64,000 nucleotides of DNA from Dendrobates tinctorius. Its lineage: Eukaryota. The position numbers were made by a program, and so were the translations under genes. Below, one piece after another: positions 13,685 through 26,193 of the stretch. Within the stretch, counting starts at the first letter, position 1. Every line of letters begins with the position of its first letter. The stretch lies in assembly GCF_039654945.1 (NCBI RefSeq), contig NW_027361692.1, forward strand, positions 16,182,001 through 16,246,000, written 5' to 3'. Below the pieces are notes generated by a model. It made no database searches. It saw only the letters and a list, made by a program, of their open reading frames with translations, and was not told the origin of the DNA.

Positions 13685-16600
13685 CTATGTGTCATCAGGG
13701 GAAGGTGGGACAAAATCCTTGGAAACCCATGCGTGGTTCATTTTAATGAAGGTTAGATCATCCACATTTTGGGTTGACAGACGGGTCCTTTTTTCTGTCA
13801 GGATTGATCCAGCTGCACTGAAGACTCTTTCCGATAGCACACTTGCAGCTGGGCAAGCGAGCTCCTGTAAGTCATATTGGGCCAATTCAGGCCAGGTGTC
13901 CAGTTTAGCGGCCCAATAGTCACAATGACCTGTGTGGGAGAACATCGATATGGGAGGAAAAGTAGTTTGTAACCATAGTTGACAACTGCTGTCTCCTGTC
14001 ACTTTCCATCGATGCAGTATTACCAGTTGTGTGAGCGGTATTTGAAAAATCAGTCCACAACATTGTCATGAAACCCCTGTCTCCAACGCCACTTCTGCTG
14101 TGTGCACCACGAACACCTCTGCCAAGCTGCCCCCGGCCCGTACGGCTCGTGTGAGAACCATCACCGCTGCTGTGTGCTGGGAATGCCTCAAGCAACCGAT
14201 TTACCAGAGTTGCTTGTTTATTAGCCAATATTAGGTCAAGGTTCTCCTGTGGCATGATGTTTTGTAATTTGCCTTTATAGCGTGGATCCAGGATGCTGGC
14301 CAACCAGTAGTCGTCATCGTTCATCATTTTGGCAATGCGGGGGTCCCTTTTTAGGATCCGCAAGGCATAATCTGACATGTGGGCCAATGTTCCCGGTGTC
14401 AATGATGCACTGCGAGTGCTGGGTGGAGGAGCACTTTCTGGCAAATCCACATCCCTCCAGTCACGCACAAACCCTGTACCAGACCTTGCCACGCCAACAT
14501 TTTCACTTGCCCCACGAGATGCATCCTCCTCCCCTAAGTAATCATCCCCATCATCCTCCTCCTCCTCCTCCTCTTCTTCCTCCACCTCGTCCAGGAGAGG
14601 TCCCTGAGCAGACAATGGCTGAATGTCATCAAGGATTCCCTCCTCCTCTTCCTCCTCATCAACATTGGCTGCAGACGCCTGCTCCTTAAGGTGCGTCAAA
14701 GTTTGCATGAGCAGACGCATAAGTGGGATGCTCATGCTTAGGATGGCGTCGTCTGCGCTTACCAGCCGTGTGCATTCCTCAAAACACTGAAGGACTTTAC
14801 AAAGGTCTTTCAGCTTCGACCACTGCACGCCTGTCAACTCCATGTCTGCTCTCAAAGTGCCTGGCCGTGTATCCTCCCACAAATGCATTATGGCCTGCCT
14901 CTGCTCGCACAGCCGCTCCACCATGTGCAGGGTGGAGTTCCACCTTGTTGCAATGTCGATAATGAGGCGGTGGTTGGGAAGGCGGAGCAATCGCTGCAGC
15001 TTCTGCATACGAACGGAGTGTACAGGCGACCGGCGGATGTGCGCGCACAGTCTTCGCACCTTCTGGAGCAGGGCTGTTAACTCCGGATAATTTTTGAGGA
15101 AGCACTGCACCACCAGGTTCAAGGTGTGAGCCAAGCAAGGTATGTGGCTGAGTTTTGAAAGGGCTATGGCTGCCACAAAATTACGGCCGTTATCACTAAC
15201 TACCTTGCCTGCCTCAAGATGTACACTGCCCAGCCATGACTCAGTTTGTCGCTTCAAGTACTCGGCCAGCACCTCGGCGGTGTGTCTGTCGCCCAAACAC
15301 ATCATCTGCAACACAGCCTGCTGACGCTTTCCACTAGCTGCTCGATAGGGGGACACATCGTGTGCAACAGTGGCAGCTGCAGATGGAGTGCTCGTACGAC
15401 TGCGCTCTGTGGACGAGCTTTCGCTTCTGGAGGAGGAGGAGGAGGGTCGAACGCCTACAGCCAACTGTTTCCTATACCGTGGGCTAGGCAGCACTGTCCC
15501 ACCACCGCTGTCCCCTGTGGACCCTGCATCCACCACATTAACCCAGTGCGCAGTGATGGACACGTAATGGCCCTGGCCATGCCGACTGGACCATGCATCA
15601 GTTGTGAGGTGCACCTTTCCGCTCACTGACTGCTTGAGTGCATGGACAATGCGGTCTTTCACATGATGGTGGAGGGCTGGGATGGCTTTGCGAGAGAAGA
15701 AGTGGCGACTGGGTAGGTCATAGCGTGGTACTGCATAGGCCATGAGTTCGTGGAAAGCTGTGCTTTCCACCAACCGAAAGGGCATCATCTCAAACGAGAT
15801 TAGTTTGGCAATGTGGGCGTTCAAACCCAGTGTACGCGGATGAGAGACTGAGTACTTTCTTGACCTACTCATAGTGTCTGGGAGGGTGAGCTGGACTTGA
15901 GAGCTGCATATGGTGGAAGTAGCGGTGGACAGGGCGGACTGAGAGAGGGTTGATGATGGTGATGGAGTTGGTGTTCTTTCTGATGGCCTAGAATCAGTCT
16001 TTCATTGATATAACAGTGGGATTCCCTGACTGCTGTGGCCTTGCAACGACACCTCAACATTTGCTGCTGTGCTAACCGGTGGGCTTACAGTGGGGGAAAC
16101 AATGTAGCGTTGCTGACTACCTTCGTTGTGATCAGTTGCACATGTGGCACTTGAGGTTTGGTGTTGTGTCCACGCTTGCAAGTGCATGCTGGTTAAATGT
16201 CTAAGCATGCAACTGGTATTCAAATTTTTCAGATTTTTCCCTCGGCTAAAGGTCTTTGCGCACTTCTTACAGATAACCTTGGCCTGATCATGAGGATTTT
16301 GTTCAAAAAAGTGCCACACTGCACTCTTCCTACTTTGGCAGACATTTTGCGGCCTAGCACGCTGTGATCTTTTGACCCTCTGGACAAGCTGTCCAGCAAC
16401 TCTTTTGATGTTTGGAACCTGTCTTTGGAGTGCTCCGGGCCTGCCAGATAACAGCTGTTGCGATGTCGATGTCTGCTGTGGATGCTCCTCATCTGAGCTA
16501 TTGGAAGCAGCACCCTCTTCCCCCAATGGATGCCAATCTGGGTCAACAACTGGGTCATCCATCACCTCCTCTTCTATGTCATGTGCACCTTTCTCTGTGT

Positions 16601-17219
16601 CACCGTGTATGGTGGTATAGTGTGCGGGAAGGGGCACCTGAGTCTCATCAGGGTCAAAATCTGGCTCTGTACACTGCGAGGACAATGTAGTGCTCTGAGT
16701 GAATGTACCAGCAGAATCATCCATCAGCGGCTGTGCATCAGTGCACTCCATGTCAGATTCATCTTGGCCTGGGTAATTCACCATTTGACTTGATAATCCA
16801 GGCATGGTATGTGAAAACAGCTCCATGGAGTAATCAGTAGTATGGCCTGCGTCATCCTTCAATCTTGGTTGGGGTGAAGGACACAAGGAAAGGTGTGGTT
16901 CATGAACATGAGCCTCCAATGACGACTCAGTGCTTTTACTTTTTACAACTGAAGAAGAGGAGGCGATAGAGCTGGAGGCTGAGTCAGCAATGTAAGACAA
17001 AACTTTTTCCTGATGCTCTGCCTTTAAAAGCGGTTTGCCAACTCCTAGAAAACTAAGCGTTCGAGGCCTTATGTAGCCAGACGATGACGCAGGGTCAGCA
17101 CCTCCTGCATTCGGTCCTATTTTGCTCTTGCCACTACCATCAGATCCACCACCAACACCATCATTACCAGCTGCCAACCCCCGCCCAATTCCATGGCCTC
17201 TTCCACCAGCCTTCCTCAT
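13685..17219 (-). pseudogene. hAT (ZBED-like) transposase, ~1179 aa if repaired; one nonsense codon and one frameshift
   Basis: BED finger (VWHFF..CKKC..LRHLTSMH); catalytic motifs LTTDAW, VSDNG, CLAH, TRWNST, SERVFS. In-frame TGA at 16002-16004 (GGA in copy 2); 5-bp deletion near 13923 relative to copy 2. Confidence 0.92.
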
Positions 17220-17298
17220 TTTTGGTAGAAATGTAGACAAAATCCAACAAACTATATAGTAATGTAAAACAAGGTACAAGGTGTCTATAGGACAGGGG

Positions 17299-19932
17299 AG
17301 ATTTAGAATTTCTGCACACACTTTTGGACACTGGACACTTTTGGATTGTGTGAGGCCCACTGATATCTGAGCGCTATGTGACACACTCGATGGCACAGCT
17401 GCCTGTGACCAAAGTGACGAGAGGATAATGGAGATTTTGAATCTCTGCGTACACTTTTGGACATTGGACACTTGTGGATTGTGTGAGGCCCACTGATATC
17501 TGAGCGCTATGTGACACGCTCGATGGCACAGCTGCCTGTGACCAAAGTGACGAGAGGATAATGGAGATTTTGAATCTCTGCGTACACTTTTGGACACTGG
17601 ACACTTGTGGATTGTGTGAGGCCCACTGATATCTGAGCGCTATGTGACACGCTCGATGGCACAGCTGCCTGTGACCAAAGTGACGAGAGGATAATGGAGA
17701 TTTTGAATCTCTGCGTACACTTTTGGACACTGGACACTTGTGGATTGTGTGAGGCCCACTGATATCTGAGCGCTATGTGACACGCTCGATGGCACAGCTG
17801 CCTGTGACCAAAGTGACGAGAGGATAATGGAGATTTTGAATCTCTGCGTACACTTTTGGACACTGGACACTTGTGGATTGTGTGAGGCCCACTGATATCT
17901 GAGCGCTATGTGACACGCTCGATGGCACAGCTGCCTGTGACCAAAATGACGAGAGGATAATGGAGATTTTGAATCTCTGCGTACACTTTTGGACACTGGA
18001 CACTTGTGGATTGTGTGAGGCCCACTGATATCTGAGCGCTATGTGACACGCTCGATGGCACAGCTGCCTGTGACCAAAGTGACGAGAGGATAATGGAGAT
18101 TTTGAATCTCTGCGTACACTTTTGGACACTGGACAATTGTGGATTGTGTGAGGCCCACTGATATCTGAGCACTATGTGACACGCTCGATGGCACAGCTGC
18201 CTGTGACCAAAGTGACGAGAGGATAATGGAGATTTTGAATCTCTGCGTACACTTTTGGACACTGGACACTTGTGGATTGTGTGAGGCCCACTGATATCTG
18301 AGCGCTATGTGACACGCTAGATGGCACAGCTGCCTGTGACCAAAGTGACGAGAGGATAATGGAGATTTTGAATCTCTGCGTACACTTTTGGATACTGGAC
18401 ACTTGTGGATTGTGTGAGGCCCACTGATATCTGAGCGCTATGTGACACGCTCGATGGCACAGCTGCCTGTGACCAAAGTGACGAGAGGATAATGGAGATT
18501 TTGAATCTCTGTGTACACTTTTGGACACTGGACACTTGTGGATTGTGTGAGGCCCACTGATATCTGAGCGCTATGTGACACGCTCGATGGCACAGCTGCC
18601 TGTGACCAAAGTGACGAGAGGATAATGGAGATTTTGAATCTCTGCGTACACTTTTGGACACTGGACAATTGTGGATTGTGTGAGGCCCACTGATATCTGA
18701 GCGCTATGTGACACGCTCGATGGCACAGCTGCCTGTGACCAAAGTGACGAGAGGATAATGGAGATTTTGAATCTCTGCGTACACTTTTGGACACTGGACA
18801 CTTGTGGATTGTGTGAGGCCCACTGATATCTGAGCGCTATGTGACACGCTCAATGGCACAGCTGCCTGTGACCAAAGTGACGAGAGGATAATGGAGATTT
18901 TGAATCTCTGCGTACACTTTTGGACACTGGACACTTGTGGATTGTGTGAGGCCCACTGATATCTGAGCGCTATGTGACACGCTCGATGGCACAGCTGCCT
19001 GTGACCAAAGTGACGAGAGGATAATGGAGATTTTGAATCTCTGCGTACACTTTTGGACACTGGACACTTGTGGATTGTGTGAGGCCCACTGATATCTGAG
19101 CGCTATGTGACACGCTCGATGGCACAGCTGCCTGTGACCAAAGTGACGAGAGGATAATGGAGATTTTGAATCTCTGCGTACACTTTTGGACACTGGACAC
19201 TTGTGGATTGTGTGAGGCCCACTGATATCTGAGCGCTATGTGACACGCTCGATGGCACAGCTGCCTGTGACCAAAGTGACGAGAGGATAATGGAGATTTT
19301 GAATCTCTGCGTACACTTTTGGACACTGGACACTTGTGGATTGTGTGAGGCCCACTGATATCTGAGCGCTATGTGACACGCTCGATGGCACAGCTGCCTG
19401 TGACCAAAGTGACGAGAGGATAATGGAGATTTTGAATCTCTGCGTACACTTTTGGACACTGGACAATTGTGGATTGTGTGAGGCCCACTGATATCTGAGC
19501 GCTATGTGACACGCTCGATGGCACAGCTGCCTGTGACCAAAGTGACGAGAGGATAATGGAGATTTTGAATCTCTGCGTACACTTTTGGACACTGGACACT
19601 TGTGGATTGTGTGAGGCCCACTGATATCTGAGCGCTATGTGACACGCTCGATGGCACAGCTGCCTGTGACCAAAGTGACGAGAGGATAATGGAGATTTTG
19701 AATCTCTGCGTACACTTTTGGACACTGGACACTTGTGGATTGTGTGAGGCCCACTGATATCTGAGCGCTATGTGACACGCTCGATGGCACAGCTGCCTGT
19801 GACCAAAGTGACGAGAGGATAATGGAGATTTTGAATCTCTGCGTACACTTTTGGACACTGGACACTTGTGGATTGTGTGAGGCCCACTGATATCTGAGCG
19901 CTATGTGACACGCTCGATGGCACAGCTGTGAC
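17299..19932. repeat. 133-bp tandem array, ~20 near-identical copies, upstream of the transposase ATG
   Basis: CTATGTGACAC recurs every 133 bp from 17374 to 19901; only isolated point variants. Confidence 0.97.
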
Positions 19933-20221
19933 AAAAGTGACTAGAGGATAAGGGAGATTGGATTGCTTTTAAAAAAGCAGTTTGCGGAGCAGTGGGTAAA
20001 CAGCAATGCCAGCGTGTCAGGAAGCCTTAAAAGGCAGCCCAACAACCAACACCACTGATACACCACAATATAGCCTCCCCTTGCACTGCACACACAGTGA
20101 CTTGTGTGTTGTGCAGGCCAAATCGCTAGCAGCAGAAGCAGTTTTTTGGTCTTCTTCCCTGCCTAACGCTCTCCCTACAGAATCAGCAGCAACCTCTCCC
20201 TATACTAAGATCGGCAGAAGT

Positions 20222-20366
20222 AAGATGGCGGTTGGCGTGCACGCCCTTTTATACCCCCTGTGACGCCCACCAAAGCAAGCCAATCACTTGCATGCCCTTC
20301 TGAAAGATGGTGGTGACCCGTGCCTAGGTCATCACGTTGCCCACAGTGTCCGTGGATCCTGATTGG
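20222..20366 (-). promoter_or_regulatory. Putative Pol II promoter of the hAT transposase
   Basis: Minus-strand TATAAAA at 20247-20253; YY1-like CCGCCATCTT at 20222-20231 near the expected start; CCAAT boxes at 20280-20284 and 20362-20366. Confidence 0.6.
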
Positions 20367-21451
20367 CTGAAAAAGAGCGCAAAACAAACTCTTGAAACGC
20401 GACTTTGGCGCGTAAGTCGCCGACCTCGTGGCCGACCTCATCCTAGGGTCGGGTTTCGTTTCATGAAACCCGACTTTGCCAAAAGTCGGCGACTTTTGAA
20501 TTTTTTCGACCCGTTTCGCTCAACTCTAGTCATCACTCGTCTCTTCATTGTTGTATTTTAATTGATTCCTTTTATTATTTTAGCATGCTATTGCCTTTTT
20601 TAGTGTGCTATAGCTTTAGAACAGCTATTGAAAATGAAACATTTTACCGGATAACATATTTTCAATTATTTTTGGATTTTACTATCAATTTTAGTTTGAT
20701 TTTGTGCTCTGTAAGCACAATAATAAAAAAACTGCAACAAAACAAACAATTCATTACAAGAAGTGCTTCACTGTCTAAATTAAAATGCCTAAAATGTGTT
20801 CTGTGTGATTAGTATTTTCTGAACTGTAACCAAGCAACAAGACGTCAAAGATTTTGCAATTAAGACCTCTAAAGATTCAGGTCAGCAACCTTCTCTCTGA
20901 TTTATAGAAATGTTACATTTCATTGTGAGAGCGCTCATTTCTGTACAGGTCTAGTAACTATGTATAGGTGAGCCAGTCCATAAAGAAAGAAAATGAAATG
21001 TTCCTTATGATTAAAAGACACCTGGGATATTCTTATATCACTTAAATCTTTTATAGGGCCAAAAAAGTCCTTTGTGTAATTTTTTTGCAGACAAGAATAT
21101 TTTTTTTAATTTTTTTTATGCATTTAAATAATTTTTCACATATTTAAAGGTCTGCACACATGAAATTATATTTAACACAGCATAATTTACATTGGATAAA
21201 TGCTACAAATTTTAATGAGGATTTAAGCATAGAAAATCCACAGCAAATTAAAATGCCAGACACGTGGAGGAAGATTGAACAAAAATGATAATCCTGTGGA
21301 GTTTTTTCATATGAAGATTGCACTGGATTTGAAGGAAATCCATAATACACATTCAGATTTCACATCACGCTCGCTAAGGTTTCATGCAATAGAGATGCAA
21401 TCAGGCTCATTAGAACACATAGCCTAAATATAGCATATATTTAGGCTATGT

Positions 21452-22567
21452 GTGGCATGTAAAAGTTTGGGCACTTGGTCCAAATTACTGTTATTGTGAA
21501 CAATTAAGCAAGTTGAAGATGAAATCATCTCTTAAAGGTCTACAGTTAGAGATTACACATTTCATTTGTATTTTAGGCAATTAAATATATATAGTCATTT
21601 TTTACATTTTAAAATTTACAAAAAGGAAAATGGGCCAGTGCAAAGGTTTGGACACTCTGGGAGATTTGTGTAAAAACCCAGCCTCATCTAACCTTGTGCC
21701 AAAAAAACAGCAGCCATGGGTTCTTCTAAGCAGTTACCTAGCACTTTGAAAATGAAAATGGTGGAAGCCCAAAAAGCAGGAGAAAGCTATAAGAATACAG
21801 AAAATCATGTTCAAGATGCCCATTACTCAGTTTGAAATGTAATTAAGAAATGGCAGTTAACAGGAACAGTGGAGATCAAGATAAAGTCTGAAAGACCAAG
21901 CAACATTTCAGTGAGAGCTGCTCATAGGATTGCTAGAGAGGCAAATCAGAACACCTGCTTGGCTGCAAAAGAACTTCAAAAAAGATTTGTCAGACTCTGG
22001 AGTTGTGGTGCATTGTTCTACTGTTCAGAGACACTTGCTCAAATATGGTTTTCAGGTAAGAGTCATCGGAAGGCAACCTCTTCTGTGTCCTTACCATAAA
22101 ATTTATCATCAGAAGTATGAAAAAGAGCATTTAAACAAGCCTGATGCATTTTAGAAACAAGTCCTCCTACCAACCGATGAGGTTAAAATGGAACTCTTTA
22201 GCCACAATGATCAAAGGTGTGGGTGGATAAATAAGATCACAGAATTTCAGGAAAAGAACATCTCACCAAACATTGTGCATGGGGGGGTGGATCAATCATG
22301 CTTTGGGGTTGTGTTGAAAGCAATGGCACGGGGAACATTTCACGTGTAGAATGAAGAATTGATTCAATAAAATTTCAGCAAATTCTTGATGCAAACATAC
22401 CACCATGTGTAAAAAAGCTGAAATTGAAAAGAGGATGGCTGTACAAATGGATAATGATCCTAAACACACGTCAAAATCCACAATATAGTACCTAATCTTC
22501 AACTTGGTTAACTGTTCACAATAACAATAATTTTGTCTAGGAGTGCCCAAGCTTTTACATGACAGTG
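21452..22567 (+). mobile_element. Degenerate, internally deleted Tc1
   Basis: TIR GCATGTAAAAGTTTGGGCAC at both ends; broken transposase (PTDEVKMELF, HGGGSIMLWG-like, DNDPKH). Confidence 0.85.
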
Positions 22568-23319
22568 TAGTTTTTTATTGGCCATACAGTACCCACATCT
22601 CTAATTTATAAGATGCAATGCAAGCAGTTGCTCAAGTAATTGGTTGCATCCTCCAATATATGCTCCATCAATCAACCTTCCTTAACATACTGTCAGATTT
22701 TAGCTGAATTCTAGCCATAGGTCTGAACACCATATAGAAAGATAATGTGGAAAGCCAAGATATTGGAGATAAGCGAATCTCTTCAAATTTGCTGAATTTT
22801 GAAAATAAATTCAATATGCAGTAAATAATTTCAAAGGCAATCTATAAACTGCAAAGCCTCTGCTTAGAAGGAAAAGATATGTAAAATATTTTAAGGTCCC
22901 CTAGGATTGTTTTGAATCCCTTTTGAGTTTATAAATGCGAATACACTGACCTCAACATACTTGGTTAGGAGAAAATGGTGGTAATCAACAGCGCATTTTA
23001 AAACACTGCAGTAGCAAATAGTTTAGGTTACTTAAATTGTCTTGGGGGGCAGGTGGTACAAACAGAAGATGTTGTTGGCTTTTTCACAAGTGGTGGTGCA
23101 AAAATGATCCTGGTTTTTGGAATATCAAATGTCAATATTGCTGCTTCTTAAAGAAAAAGTGGTAGTTTTTTCACAAGTTTTCAAAAATTTTTGCAAAAAC
23201 ATAGTTTCCAGTTCGCCACTGATGTTCACTTCATCCACTCAGAGATCAGACAAGGGCTCCGCCATAGCCCAAATAAATTATAGATGAAAAAATAGTCCAG
23301 CTTCATGAATAGGTTCTTC

Positions 23320-23473
23320 TTTAGATGAAATCCATACACAGGACACAGAAATCACAATGACAGGTGATCTAACATTGATGAAATGTTAACAAGAAGCTTG
23401 GATGCAAGCATTACATCAAATATAGATCAGCTGTCATCATGACTTCTGTGTCCTTTGCATGGATTTCATCTAA
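23320..23473. repeat. Imperfect inverted repeat (Penelope-type palindrome, no ribozyme core left)
   Basis: TTAGATGAAATCCAT...ATGGATTTCATCTAA with ~65-bp arms. Confidence 0.7.
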
Positions 23474-23477
23474 CCTA

Positions 23478-25127
23478 CAGTCATATGTTAAAGTTTGGGC
23501 ACCCCTATTAATGTTAACCTTTTTTCTTCATAACAATTTTGGTTTTTGCAACAGCTATTTCAGTTTCATATATCTAATAACTGATGGACTCAGTTACATT
23601 TCTGGATTCAAATGAGGTTTATTGTACTAACAGAAAATGTGCAATCTGCATTTAAACTAAATTTGACCGGTGCAAAAGTATGGGCACCCTTATCATTTTC
23701 TTGATTTGAACACTCCTAACTACTTTTTACTGACTTCCTGAAGCACTTAATTGGTTTTGTAACCTCATTGAGCCTTGAACTTCATAGCCAGGTGTATCAA
23801 ATCATGAGAAAAGGTATTTTAAGGTGGCCACTTGCAAGTAGTTCTCCTATTTGAGTCTCCTATGAAGAGTGGCATCAAGGGCTACTCAAAACAACTCTCA
23901 AATGATCTGAAAACAAAGATTATTCAACATAGCTTTTCAGGGGAAGAATACAAAAAGTTGTCTCAGAGATTTAACCTGTCAGTTTCCACTGTGAGGAACA
24001 TAGTAAGGAAATGGAAGAACACAGGTACAGTTCTTGTTAAGCCAAGAAGTGGCAGGCCAAGAAAAATATCAGAAAGGCAGAGAAGAAGAATGGAGAAAAC
24101 AGTCAAGGACAATCCACAGACCACCTCCAAAGACCTGCAGCATCATCTTGCTGCAGATGGTGTCACTGTGCATCGGTCAACAATACAGCGCACTTTGCAC
24201 AAGGAGAAGCTGTATGGGAGAGTGATGCGAAAGAAGCCGTTTCTGCAAGCACGCCACAAACAGAGTCGCCTGAGGTATGCAAAAGCACATTTGGACAAGC
24301 CAGTTACATTTTGGAAGAAGTTCCTGTGGACTGATGAAACAAAGATTGAGTTGTTTGGTCATACAAAAAGGCGTTATGCATGGAGGCTAAAAAACACAGC
24401 ATTCCAAGAAAAACACTTGCTACCCACAGTAAAATTTGGTGGAGGTTCCATCATGCTTTGGGGCTGTGTGGCCAATGCTGGCACCAAGAATCTTGTTAAA
24501 GTTGAGAGTCGCATGGATTCAACTCAGTATCAGCAGATTCTTGACAATAATATGCAAGAATCAGTGACGAAGTTGAAGTTGCGCAGGGGATGGATATTTC
24601 AGCAAGACAATGATCCAAAACACCGCTCCAAATCTACTCAGGCATTCATGCAGAGGAACAATTACAATGTTCTTGAATGGCCATCCCAGTCCCCAGACCT
24701 GAATATCATTGAACATCTGTGGGATGATTTGAAGCGGGCTGTCCATGCTAGGCGACCTTCAAACTTAACTGAACTGGAATTGTTTTGTAAACAGGAATTG
24801 TCACAAATACCTTCATCCAGGATCCAGGAACTCATTAATAGCTACAGGAAGCGACTAGAGGCTGTTATTTTTGCAAAAGGAGGATCTATGAAATATTAAT
24901 GTCACTTTTATGTTGAGGTGTCCATACTTTTGTACAGGTCAAATTTTGTTTAAATGCAGATTGCACATTTTCTGTTAGAACAATAAACCACATTTGAATG
25001 CAGAAATATAACTGAGTCCATCAGCTATTAGATATATGAAACTGAAATAGCTGTTGCAAAAACCAAAATTGTTATAAAGAAAAAAGGTTAACATTAATAG
25101 GGGTGCCCAAACTTTAACATATGACTG
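23478..25127 (+). mobile_element. Full-length Tc1 with long (~210-bp) IR/DR-type TIRs
   Basis: TA|CAGTCATATGTTAAAGTTTGGGCACCCC ... GGGGTGCCCAAACTTTAACATATGACTG|TA. Confidence 0.96.
23862..24899 (+). CDS. Tc1-family DD34E transposase, uninterrupted ORF (345 aa from the first ATG)
   Basis: Paired-like HTH, GRPRK, WTDETK, QQDNDPKH, SPDLNIIE; 34 residues between the second D and the E. Confidence 0.88.
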   Translation: MKSGIKGYSKQLSNDLKTKIIQHSFSGEEYKKLSQRFNLSVSTVRNIVRKWKNTGTVLVKPRSGRPRKISERQRRRMEKTVKDNPQTTSKDLQHHLAADGVTVHRSTIQRTLHKEKLYGRVMRKKPFLQARHKQSRLRYAKAHLDKPVTFWKKFLWTDETKIELFGHTKRRYAWRLKNTAFQEKHLLPTVKFGGGSIMLWGCVANAGTKNLVKVESRMDSTQYQQILDNNMQESVTKLKLRRGWIFQQDNDPKHRSKSTQAFMQRNNYNVLEWPSQSPDLNIIEHLWDDLKRAVHARRPSNLTELELFCKQELSQIPSSRIQELINSYRKRLEAVIFAKGGSMKY

Positions 25128-25494
25128 TATGTTGGCTAATATTTAATATTAGACTATTGCAACAAGGAAGTGTGCAAACAATATTTTTCAACATGCTCAA
25201 TTTGTTGAAGTATATAGTTATGTTCAATTTTTAAAAATTTTTGCTTATATATCACATAAATCAGAAGGCACACTTTCACAAACTCACACAAGCATTGGTT
25301 GAGTATTTTTTTTTCAGTAGAAAAAATAGCTAAGGTGTGTACTAAACTGCTCTTTATATTTGAAGTGTGTAGAATAGGAGAAATGTTTTTTACAGTTGCT
25401 GTACTACAGAATATCATACATCAATCAATTCACACTGACTGAAGGTCTAGCACGTCCCTATCACTTCTTTGTGTTACTTCTAGAGTTCTTTTTC

Positions 25495-25655
25495 ATTTAA
25501 TAATTAAGACCTTCATTCAAAAACTGCATTTTGTGTTAACTGGTGTTATTTTTGTCTAATATTTAAATTTCTTTGGTGATCTGAAACATTTAAATGTGAT
25601 AAACATGCAAAAGAATTGGAAATCAGGAAGGGGCAAGCACTTTTTCACACAACTG
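25495..25655. mobile_element. Tc1 terminal fragment
   Basis: Ends ...CACTTTTTCACACAACTG|TA, a Tc1-type TIR. Confidence 0.55.
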
Positions 25656-26102
25656 TATGTGTAATGTTCTCTGACATACTATCCTTAGGCTGTAAAATAA
25701 TTAAATGGCTGCTACTTTCACTGTCCTTATCTTTTATAATCCCTGTGATAATTCCCCCTGAGTGGCTTCGCTAGACCATGTGATGTGATAGCAATAAAGG
25801 CATTATGATGAAGCTTGCTGAGCCACAGTTGACATCATGAGCCTTCTCTGGCTAATGCAATATTTAGGAATTGGAAAATAACTGGGAAGAAAAAAGCGCA
25901 ATAGGGTCTTATCCAATGACAATAGGGTGTCAGGAAAAAGTGAGATGCACTCACCGTACTGAGTTTCTCAATGGCAATACATGAACAGCATGTAACAGCT
26001 GCTGCACATATACCGGTCGAAAGGATGACCACAGGTTAAAGGAAAACAACAGGAGGTATCACTCATGTGCTGCTGAGATAGTTTATTAGAACAGGTTTAC
26101 AA

Positions 26103-26144
26103 GTCAATGCGTTTCGAGGTCACGCCGGACCTCTTCATCAGGAC
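26103..26144 (-). ncRNA. Minimal type I hammerhead ribozyme motif (inverted partner)
   Basis: Reverse complement: GTC-CTGATGA-A-GAGGTC(cggcgt)GACCTC-GAAA-CGCATT-GAC. Confidence 0.65.
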
Positions 26145-26151
26145 AAACCTG

Positions 26152-26193
26152 GTCCTGATGAAGAGGTTTGGCGTGACCTCGAAATGCGTTGAC
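26152..26193 (+). ncRNA. Minimal type I hammerhead ribozyme motif
   Basis: GTC-CTGATGA-A-GAGGTT(tggcgt)GACCTC-GAAA-TGCGTT-GAC: both core boxes, stem II, GUU triplet, stem I GTC/GAC. Confidence 0.7.

Larger units (their letters stand above)
11633..20528 (-). mobile_element. Full-length hAT DNA transposon (8896 bp), copy 1
   Basis: Perfect 13-bp TIR TAGAGTTGAGCGA; perfect 8-bp TSD GTCATCAC (11625-11632, 20529-20536); subterminal CCGACTTT/AAAAGTCGG motifs at both ends; internal transposase. Confidence 0.97.

Noticed and set aside
13685-17219. Domesticated host ZBED gene, or programmed readthrough/splicing between the ORFs
   Set aside because: Flanked by TIRs and a TSD; comparison with copy 2 shows a simple substitution and a 5-bp deletion.
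12479-19932. Regular arrays as CRISPR-like loci
   Set aside because: Units are contiguous and near-identical with no unique spacers; no cas genes; eukaryotic context.
17374-19934. Series of 118-aa minus-strand ORFs and the repeat-derived N-terminus of ORF 16002..17597
   Set aside because: Artefacts of a 133-bp unit with a single stop; starts are GTG/TTG, not ATG. The transposase most plausibly starts at 17219, matching the copy-2 ATG at 52522.
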